DNA from: an uncultured Planctomycetia bacterium
GTDB taxonomy: Bacteria; Omnitrophota; Gorgyraeia; JABMRG01; JAFGKX01
Direction of reading: 5' to 3'
Assembly: GCA_964570585.1 (NCBI GenBank)
Contig: CAZMYR010000001.1
Location: 17,441 to 81,440 of the forward strand
DNA length: 64,000 bases
The notes beneath the pieces were generated by a model that did not search any database, was not told the origin of the DNA, and worked only from the letters and a program-made list of their open reading frames with translations. Shown here piece by piece: positions 57,605-64,000 of this stretch; position 1 is the first letter of the stretch, and each line of letters begins with the position of its first letter. A program made the translations under genes and the position numbers.

Positions 57605-57807
57605 AGCAATCACCTATGAGCAGTGATAGCATTTTTTTAGCATTTTACGAACGAGAATGAGCGAGCCCCGAAGGTTCGGGGCGAGCGAAGGAAAGTTTGT
57701 GTTTGAGCCCGAACACATCATAAGATGTGAGGGCGAGTTAAATTTTCCCGAAGTGAGTAAAATGCGTGCCAAAGGCAAAAAATGCGTGCTGCGAGTAGGT
57801 GATTGCT
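57605..57807. repeat. About 200-bp nested-palindrome element (MITE/REP-like or structured RNA)
   Basis: Terminal AGCAATCACCTA/TAGGTGATTGCT, nested GCATTTTAC/GTAAAATGC, internal hairpins GCCCCGAA-GG-TTCGGGGC and CACATC-ATAA-GATGTG. Confidence 0.65.
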
Positions 57808-57889
57808 GAGCACGTAACCGTATCATAACCGTATCATTGTCGTAACTCATTGTTTTTATTAATGATAAAAGAGCTCAAAAAAACCGGCA

Positions 57890-57917
57890 TCTCAAAATTC
57901 TATATAGAATTTTGAGA
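57890..57917. promoter_or_regulatory. Perfect 28-bp palindrome, possible operator
   Basis: TCTCAAAATTCTAT|ATAGAATTTTGAGA. Confidence 0.45.
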
Positions 57918-58076
57918 CAATTGTCCTAAAAATTCAAGTATTTTTAAAGAATTGCTCATCGGGATACTCCTTCTCGGTAAAATTATGGGAAAAGGTGAAA
58001 ACGCCCGCACGGTAGCATTAAGGTTAAGTTAACTTTTGTGCCAGGAGTTAGGGGGGGGTATCAGGTTGAGAATAAA

Positions 58077-58133
58077 AAAATTAAAATTAAAATTAAAATT
58101 GTTGTTGACAAAGGGCACACATTGTGTTATATT
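58077..58133 (+). promoter_or_regulatory. TA-operon promoter with AT-rich UP-like tract and palindromic operator
   Basis: (AAAATT)x4, then TTGACA 58105-58110, 17 nt, TATATT 58128-58133; ACACA-T-TGTGT in the spacer. Confidence 0.75.
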
Positions 58134-58141
58134 TATATGCA

Positions 58142-58438
58142 TTGAGGTATTATACGTGGAATGATGAAAAAAATAAAAAGTTAATCGTAGAACGAAATAT
58201 CTCTTTTGAAGAAATAATTTTCTATATTGAAAAAGGTTGTTTGCTTGATACTTTAGACCACCCAAACAAGAAAAGATATAAGAGGCAACGCATATTTGTG
58301 GTGAGAGTAAAAAATTATGTTTACCTTGTACCTTTTGTTGAGAAAGAGAAAAACATTTTTTTAAAGACAATTATTCCTAGTCGTAAGGCTACGCGAATAT
58401 ATTTAAAGGAGGATAAAAAAAATGGCCAAACTAGATAA
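58142..58438 (+). CDS. BrnT-like type II toxin
   Basis: WNDEKN..L..ERNISFEEI, HPNK.RY..Q, YVYLVPFVE, FLKTIIPSRKAT; start moved to TTG 58142 because the track start at 58124 lies in the promoter. Confidence 0.8.
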   Translation: MRYYTWNDEKNKKLIVERNISFEEIIFYIEKGCLLDTLDHPNKKRYKRQRIFVVRVKNYVYLVPFVEKEKNIFLKTIIPSRKATRIYLKEDKKNGQTR

Positions 58439-58694
58439 AAAAGAAAAAGCAATCCTTAAATCCTATGAGAAGGGAGAGTGGCGGTCAGTAAGGAACTTAA
58501 AATCAAAATTGAAAGATTATAAGATGTACGCAAGGGCAACTCTTAAAAAAGATAAACGAATAAATATTAGAATACCTTCACAGGATTTAGAAGGAATTCA
58601 AAGAATAGCTATTGAGGAAGGGCTTCCTTACCAAACTTTTATAACAAGCATTCTTCATAAATATGTTACAGGAAGGCTTAGGAAGGCCGGCTAA
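58422..58694 (+). CDS. CopG/BrnA-like RHH antitoxin
   Basis: KKDKRINIRIPSQDL..I...A.EEGLPYQT.I.SILH; overlaps the toxin 3' end; RBS AAGGAGG. Confidence 0.85.
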   Translation: MAKLDKKEKAILKSYEKGEWRSVRNLKSKLKDYKMYARATLKKDKRINIRIPSQDLEGIQRIAIEEGLPYQTFITSILHKYVTGRLRKAG

Positions 58695-58717
58695 TAAAAG
58701 GGGACCGTCCCCTTTTA
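58695..58717. terminator. Bidirectional-type hairpin after the TA operon
   Basis: TAAAAGGGGAC-C-GTCCCCTTTTA. Confidence 0.65.
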
Positions 58718-58769
58718 CCTAAATTTAAAAACTTCTATTATATCTCAAATGGTCCTGGAGGCCTTGACA

Positions 58770-59050
58770 GTCAACTACCCCACGCCTAAAGGTGGAGGGC
58801 TTGTGAGAATAAGCCTGGTTGACTAGGGGGCATTGAAAGATGCAGAAGTTAAGAGAAAGAAGGATAACCAACACACCTACGGTTATTACGCACGACCGTA
58901 GCAACTGTGGTCTGTCATTAAACAGCCCTGAGGGTAGGGACAGTGTGGCAGGCTTAAAAACCTCTCTTAACAGCCCCGATGCGTCTCTAACTGCGAGTCC
59001 CGCCCTTTTACAAAAGGGCGGGACGAGAGGACACGCAGGACAGAACCCGA
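58770..59050 (+). ncRNA. omegaRNA scaffold (3' boundary approximate)
   Basis: GTCAAC/GTTGAC and GGCTT/AAGCC stems directly upstream of the PLMP-coding region, the expected position for an omegaRNA. Confidence 0.7.
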
Positions 59051-60315
59051 GGGTATCTGTCGTTTACCCCCACACCAAAAGTTTTGGTGTGGGGGTTTAT
59101 GTCCTCAGTAAAAAGGGCAAGCCACTCATGCCCTGTTCGCCAAGAAAGGCAAGAGTGCTTCTCAAAGAGACCAAGGCAAGGGTTGTAAAGAGGGCTCCCT
59201 TCACAATAAAGCTTAATATCGCCACGGGAGAAGCAGAGCAACCGATTACTCTTGGTGTTGACAGCGGATACAACTCATTGGGCTTATCAGCAGTATCAAA
59301 AGATAAAGAGCTTTATAGAGCTCAAGTAAGGCTAAGAGAAGACTTGGTAAAACTTAATTCAGAACGAAGGCAGTATCGCCGGGGGAGGAGATACCGCAAA
59401 ACATGGTACAGAAAGCCCAGATTTCTTAACCGAAAGAAACCCCCAGGATGGTTGGCACCTTCCATCCAGCACAAATTGGACTCACATATCAAATTAATCA
59501 CCAAGGCCAAAGAGATACTGCCCATTTCAAAGATTAGTATTGAAGTGGCAGCATTTGACATCCAAAAGATTAAGAACCCTGACATTGAAGGCGAGGGTTA
59601 TCAAAAAGGCAAACAGGCGGGATTCTGGAATGTAAGGGAGTACGCACTTCACCGGGATAACCACCAGTGTCAGCACTGTAATGGCAAATCCAAATCCTCG
59701 GTATTGGAGCTACACCATATCATATCAAGACAGACAGGAGGAGACAGACCTGAAAATCTGATAACTTTATGTTCTATCTGCCACGATAAGGTATCAAAAG
59801 GCCAATTAGAACTTAAAGCCGAACCATCCAAGGGATTCAAAGCTGAAACCTTTATGTCAACAGTTAGATGGAAGTTGATTAATAAGCTGCGAGACTCTGG
59901 TAATATGGTAACACACACTTATGGTTATGTAACAAAAAGCAAGAGGATAGAGTTGGGGATACCAAAAAATCACACCAACGATGCCTTTGTGATAGCAGGT
60001 GGGACTACTCAGAAAAGGACAACATCGGAAGATTTCATCAAACAGGTCAGAAGGAGTAACCGTAAGTTGTTTAAAGGAGACAGGAGTCAGATAAGGAATA
60101 CGGCCGAGAGGTTTGTCTGTGGATTTCAGAGGTTTGATAAAGTGCTATACAATGGTGTGGAGTGCTTCATTTTTGGCAGAAGAAAAACAGGCTATTTTCA
60201 TCTAAGAAAATTGGATGGAACTAAAATTCATTCTTCAGCAAAACAAACAAAGCTAACTCTGCTTGAGAGCGCAAAAACTTTACTGATAGAAAGAAGGCTG
60301 GCTCTCCTCCCCTGA
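58840..60315 (+). CDS. iscB: RNA-guided endonuclease IscB
   Basis: PLMP, RuvC-I LGVDSG, Arg-rich bridge helix, RuvC-II IEVAAFD, HNH (CQHC..HHI..N..LCSICH), RuvC-III HTNDA; true start uncertain. Confidence 0.93.
   Translation: MQKLRERRITNTPTVITHDRSNCGLSLNSPEGRDSVAGLKTSLNSPDASLTASPALLQKGGTRGHAGQNPRVSVVYPHTKSFGVGVYVLSKKGKPLMPCSPRKARVLLKETKARVVKRAPFTIKLNIATGEAEQPITLGVDSGYNSLGLSAVSKDKELYRAQVRLREDLVKLNSERRQYRRGRRYRKTWYRKPRFLNRKKPPGWLAPSIQHKLDSHIKLITKAKEILPISKISIEVAAFDIQKIKNPDIEGEGYQKGKQAGFWNVREYALHRDNHQCQHCNGKSKSSVLELHHIISRQTGGDRPENLITLCSICHDKVSKGQLELKAEPSKGFKAETFMSTVRWKLINKLRDSGNMVTHTYGYVTKSKRIELGIPKNHTNDAFVIAGGTTQKRTTSEDFIKQVRRSNRKLFKGDRSQIRNTAERFVCGFQRFDKVLYNGVECFIFGRRKTGYFHLRKLDGTKIHSSAKQTKLTLLESAKTLLIERRLALLP
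58997..59024. repeat. In-frame palindromic mini-insertion A
   Basis: GTCCCGCCCTTTT-AC-AAAAGGGCGGGAC flanked by CGAG direct repeats 30 nt apart. Confidence 0.65.
59066..59096. repeat. In-frame palindromic mini-insertion B (encodes PHTKSFGVG)
   Basis: ACCCCCACACCAAAA-G-TTTTGGTGTGGGGGT flanked by GTTTA direct repeats 33 nt apart. Confidence 0.75.
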
Positions 60316-60350
60316 ACCTTTTGGCAGGGGTTTGCGAGCCGGAGTTTTTC

Positions 60351-60397
60351 AATGAAGCGATTATAGGGTATAATTATATCAGAAAATGAAGCGATTA
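60351..60397 (+). promoter_or_regulatory. Fic promoter -10 flanked by 13-bp direct repeats
   Basis: TATAAT 60369-60374; AATGAAGCGATTA at 60351 and at 60385. Confidence 0.7.
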
Positions 60398-60407
60398 GAG
60401 GTGCTAA

Positions 60408-61535
60408 ATGATTTACATATGGAAGCAAAAAAAATGGCCTCAGTTAAAATGGCAAAGCGATAAACTGCTGCCATCTTTAAGCCAGGCACGCTTCCTTCAA
60501 GGGGAACTGTTAAGCAAGATCCGTTCTCTGGGCTTAAACCAGGGCAAGGAACCAAGTGCTGAAATACTGGTAGAGGAGACTGTTAAAACCGCTGCTATTG
60601 AAGGAGTCCGGCTGGATAAGGATGCTGTGCGTTCATCCGTAGCGAGAAGATTAGGCCTGCCTACAGCAGGTTTAAAATCACCAGATAAAGACGCAGAAGG
60701 CCTTGTCAGCGTGCTCCTGGATGCTACTAGAAATTATAAAAAACCACTTACTGTCAAACGCTTAAAATCATGGCAGGCGGCACTATTTCCGACAGGTTAC
60801 TCAGGGCTTTCTAAGATAAGGGTAGGAAAATGGCGTGGAAAAAGTCCGATGCAAGTAGTCTCAGGACCTATTGGTCGTAAGAGAGTTCATTTTGAGGCCC
60901 CGCCATCAGAAAGAATAGATACAGAAATAAAAAAGTTCATAAAATGGTGGCAGAAACCCCCAAAGAACTTAGACAGCTTATTAAGGGCAGGCATTGCCCA
61001 TTTCTATTTTGTTACCATTCATCCTTTTGAAGATGGCAATGGCCGTATAGCCAGGGCATTAACAGATATGGCCTTATCTCAGGATGAGAATCTTCCAAAG
61101 AGGTATTATTCTCTTTCAACCAGTATAATGGCAGGAAGAAAGGCATATTACGATATCTTGGAGAAATGCCAAAGAGGCACGCTTGATATAACAGAATGGC
61201 TGTTGTGGTTCCTGAAATTCTATTTAAAGGCAATTGAGGAATCAGAAAAGGCTATTCAAAAATCATTGCAAAAGGCAGAATTTTGGCAAAAGCATGCTCA
61301 AACCAACCTGAATAATAACCAACGGAAAGTAATTAATCGCTTGCTTGATGCCGGTCCAAGTGGCTTTATAGGAGGCTTAACCACGCGAAAATACGTAGCA
61401 ATGACAAAGACAAGCAGGGCCACGGCTTATAGGGATATCTCTGATCTGGTAAGAAAGAAGATACTGGCTCGCTCTAAAGCTAAAGGCAGAAGCGTCTCCT
61501 ACGAGCTCATCTTTGTTGAAAAATTACAGACGTAA
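60408..61535 (+). CDS. Fic family protein (DUF4172-type N-terminus, Fic domain, C-terminal wHTH)
   Basis: YIWKQKKWP N-terminus, canonical HPFEDGNGRIAR, and SRATAYRDISDLV HTH. Confidence 0.92.
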   Translation: MIYIWKQKKWPQLKWQSDKLLPSLSQARFLQGELLSKIRSLGLNQGKEPSAEILVEETVKTAAIEGVRLDKDAVRSSVARRLGLPTAGLKSPDKDAEGLVSVLLDATRNYKKPLTVKRLKSWQAALFPTGYSGLSKIRVGKWRGKSPMQVVSGPIGRKRVHFEAPPSERIDTEIKKFIKWWQKPPKNLDSLLRAGIAHFYFVTIHPFEDGNGRIARALTDMALSQDENLPKRYYSLSTSIMAGRKAYYDILEKCQRGTLDITEWLLWFLKFYLKAIEESEKAIQKSLQKAEFWQKHAQTNLNNNQRKVINRLLDAGPSGFIGGLTTRKYVAMTKTSRATAYRDISDLVRKKILARSKAKGRSVSYELIFVEKLQT

Positions 61536-61621
61536 AATATATCGCATCGTTAAATTTACTCTACGGCTGGACATAACCCGACCCGACCGTAATGGCTAGG
61601 GGGGGCATTTTTGGTCAGGTA

Positions 61622-62806
61622 TTATTTTTCTTTTTTCTTTTCTTGCACAAATTTCCTCTGAAGATAATCTACGACTTGTTTAAACTTGTAAAGCCTGTCG
61701 GCATCCTCATCGGGAATATCAATGCCAAGCTCTTCTTCAAAGGTCATTGCGATTTCAATGCTGGCTAAAGAATCCACACCTAAATCCTTTACAAGATGGG
61801 CATTATCATGGATTAAGTCTTTTGATATGCCTAATTGTTCCGCGATAATTTTTCTGGCTACATCCGGAATATCTTCTTTCGTTATCTCTTTTTTCTTTTC
61901 TTCCGGCGGTTTAGGAGACGCTTTATATTTTAGTCCGAGCGCCGGTATTCTAACAGCTTTATCTGTCTTAAAATATAAGTTGTTTTTTATGGCAGTGTCT
62001 CTTACTAATCTACCGAGTTTATCTAACCTAACATCAACTGCCGGAGGAAGATTTGAGAGATTAATCCCTTCTGTCTTCTCGTCCTCTGGTTTATTACTGT
62101 AAACAATTATATCTTTCGGTTTATCGTCCGATTTAGTTATGGCTTTATATATCTCACTTTTAGCCCCTAGCACTATTTGATTCCCTAATACAATATCAGG
62201 CCTGAAATTGTGAAGCTCTTTTTTTATGTCTTCTTCTACCCCCCCTATTTTGCTTGAATCAAATGTTTTGACGCCTACGAACAACATCTGCATTGAGTAT
62301 TCACCGCCGCATTTTTCTTTACTCTCAAAATATATGTTTTTAGGAACAAAGTAGTTAAGAGCAAGGTCTATAAACAAAAGTTTCGCCTTCGGCATTATAT
62401 AAGGATCATTATATATAGGGATTTCTTCTTTTTTAATTATTCTTCTGCCTTCTAAAACATCTTTTGCTGTCTCAACTATAGTATTGGGGCTAAATGGTTT
62501 TGCCATAAAGGCATCATATTTAAGCCCCTTTACTTTTTCTTCATATTGTTCACCATATCCTGTTAAAATTACAACTTTTGTTTTTGGGTACTTTTCGTTT
62601 ATTATCTCTAAAACACCAGGGCCGTCTAAACCTTTCATTTTCATATCTAATATGACAAGGTCGATACCTTTTGATTCTAGTTTCTTCACGGCTTCTTCGC
62701 CGGATAAGGCAATAGCTACACTATGGCCTTCTTTTGAAAAGAAATACTCAAGGGTAGATGTAAGTTCTTTTTCATCGTCTATAACAAGGATATTTTCATT
62801 TGGCAT
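61622..62806 (-). CDS. Response regulator (receiver plus degenerate receiver-like segment) fused to a C-terminal acyl carrier protein
   Basis: VIDDE, LDMKM, LTG, AKP receiver motifs; C-terminal IIAEQLG..DLGVDSL..IEIAMTFEEELGIDIPDEDA. Confidence 0.88.
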   Translation of the reverse strand: MPNENILVIDDEKELTSTLEYFFSKEGHSVAIALSGEEAVKKLESKGIDLVILDMKMKGLDGPGVLEIINEKYPKTKVVILTGYGEQYEEKVKGLKYDAFMAKPFSPNTIVETAKDVLEGRRIIKKEEIPIYNDPYIMPKAKLLFIDLALNYFVPKNIYFESKEKCGGEYSMQMLFVGVKTFDSSKIGGVEEDIKKELHNFRPDIVLGNQIVLGAKSEIYKAITKSDDKPKDIIVYSNKPEDEKTEGINLSNLPPAVDVRLDKLGRLVRDTAIKNNLYFKTDKAVRIPALGLKYKASPKPPEEKKKEITKEDIPDVARKIIAEQLGISKDLIHDNAHLVKDLGVDSLASIEIAMTFEEELGIDIPDEDADRLYKFKQVVDYLQRKFVQEKKKEK

Positions 62807-62825
62807 CTTTTTGCTCCTTATGTTT

Positions 62826-64000
62826 TTATATAGCTGGTAAAGTTATTTTAAAATATGTTCCTTTGCCATATTCCGATTCAACGTCAATTGTTCCTTTATG
62901 GTTTTCTATCATTGCTTTTATCACAGATGAGCCTATGCCCGTGCCTTTTTCGGTTGTAGCTTTGGTAGTAAAAAATGGTAAAAAAAGCTGGTCCGATTCC
63001 TCTTTTGTCATACCAATACCATTATCGGATAACTCTATACGCCAGAGATTGTTATCTGTAAAAGCCTTTATTTTTGTTTCAGGTATATAATCTTTTTGGT
63101 TTTGTTTCTTTTGTTGTTCCGCATCATGAGCGTTGTCTAAGAGATTAAAGAATATATCCTGAAGTTGCGCCATATCACCTTTTATTTTAAGGGGCGTTTT
63201 CTCTACATCGGTTTTGAGATTAAGTTCTGTAATATCGAATTTGTATGATAAAAGTTCAATAGTTGCAGTTATAACCTCATCGAGATCGACTAGCTTATAT
63301 TTTGTCTCCTTCCGGGAAAATACTGTTAAGTGTTTGGTGATGTTGCCTCCTAAATTAGCGTTTTCTGCAATGCTTTTCATTGCTTTTTCGGCTCTTACCA
63401 AGAAAGTTTTATTCTCATTGGATAAACTTACTTTTTTCATTCCATCCTGCATAATATCAAGTGCCTCTTCTGCTTTTGCCCAGATGGCCTGAAAACGGTT
63501 GTTAATTTGATGCCCCATCATAGAACCCATCTGTCCTATAGAGCGAAGCCGGTGTTCATGAAACTGCTGGGCTAGAGATTTTCCGGTTTCTTCATAAAAT
63601 ATGGCATTTTCAATGGCTAAAGCTGCCTGATTAGCCAATACCTGAAATACTGCTAAGTCATCTGATGTATACATATCGCCTGAGAGTTTCTTGCCCATTG
63701 CCAGGAAGCCTATTAACTCATTTTGGATGAAACTAGGAATTATTATATCAGCTTGCATGTCTTTCATGTTTTTAGCTATGTTCTTTCCCTCCGGCATAAG
63801 AGCTGCCTCATCATATATTAAAATGTCCCTATGGCCTTTAAGCCATTTTATTAAGGGTATGTTGCTTTGTATCTTCCCTGCAGGGAGATTTGATATATTT
63901 TGTCTGTTTCTTTTTGCCCTTAGGTTATATTCGTCTGCTTCGGGATTTCGTAGATATATATAAGCATGACTAACACCAATGGCTTTGCTCATTACGCGTA
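62826..64000 (-). CDS. GAF-containing sensor histidine kinase (5'-truncated by the window)
   Basis: GAF end LANQAALAIENA; H-box GHQINN; NLLDNAHDA, DNGIGM, FFTTK, GTGIG; frame open to the window edge. Confidence 0.92.
   Translation of the reverse strand, partial: RVMSKAIGVSHAYIYLRNPEADEYNLRAKRNRQNISNLPAGKIQSNIPLIKWLKGHRDILIYDEAALMPEGKNIAKNMKDMQADIIIPSFIQNELIGFLAMGKKLSGDMYTSDDLAVFQVLANQAALAIENAIFYEETGKSLAQQFHEHRLRSIGQMGSMMGHQINNRFQAIWAKAEEALDIMQDGMKKVSLSNENKTFLVRAEKAMKSIAENANLGGNITKHLTVFSRKETKYKLVDLDEVITATIELLSYKFDITELNLKTDVEKTPLKIKGDMAQLQDIFFNLLDNAHDAEQQKKQNQKDYIPETKIKAFTDNNLWRIELSDNGIGMTKEESDQLFLPFFTTKATTEKGTGIGSSVIKAMIENHKGTIDVESEYGKGTYFKITLPAI

Larger units (their letters stand above)
58770..60351 (+). 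mobile_element. Non-autonomous IS200/IS605-family IscB element
   Basis: Left end GTCAACTACCCC..CTAAAG..GGGCTTG; right-end hairpin CCCCTG..CAGGGG ending TTTTTCA, followed by ATGA; no tnpA. Confidence 0.85.

Noticed and set aside
57815-57836. TAACCGTATCA tandem duplication
   Set aside because: Only two copies and no assignable function.
57614-58370. Minus-strand ORFs 57614..57850 and 58029..58370
   Set aside because: They overlap the palindromic element and the antisense strand of the toxin gene and have no protein-like motifs.
1-64000. rRNA, tRNA or CRISPR arrays
   Set aside because: None recognised; non-coding space is small and shows no cloverleaf or repeat-spacer pattern.

Overview
About 57 kb of this window is four co-oriented giant genes on the minus strand. 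They are a >2900-aa ORF at <1..8702 (absent from the ORF track because it runs off the left edge), then ORFs of 3292 aa, 1900 aa and 10643 aa. All four start with a signal-peptide-like segment, yet they are strings of normally cytoplasmic enzyme domains: cupin G6P isomerase, PMI, PMM/PGM, class II aldolase, two UDP-sugar pyrophosphorylases, GlmU-like transferase, kinase fold, AUDH cupin, deaminase, NDK, CYTH, 2H phosphoesterase and DUF218. A hexapeptide of consensus K-[SA]-S-S-[AS]-G occurs 12 times (including two single-position variants), repeatedly at domain boundaries, which suggests a processed polyprotein or effector system. The largest protein also carries a TIKI/EreA-like N-terminal domain, a SecA-like ATPase, many transmembrane helices, coiled coils, a beta-barrel-like segment and glucan-synthase/glycosidase-like modules. 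The architecture resembles giant genes of Ca. Omnitrophota (taxonomy inferred, not shown). The right end holds a BrnT/BrnA-like toxin-antitoxin pair, an IscB/omegaRNA element inserted exactly within the sigma70 promoter of a Fic gene, a response regulator fused to an acyl carrier protein, and a truncated GAF histidine kinase. All domain calls come from reading motifs by eye; no database searches were run.
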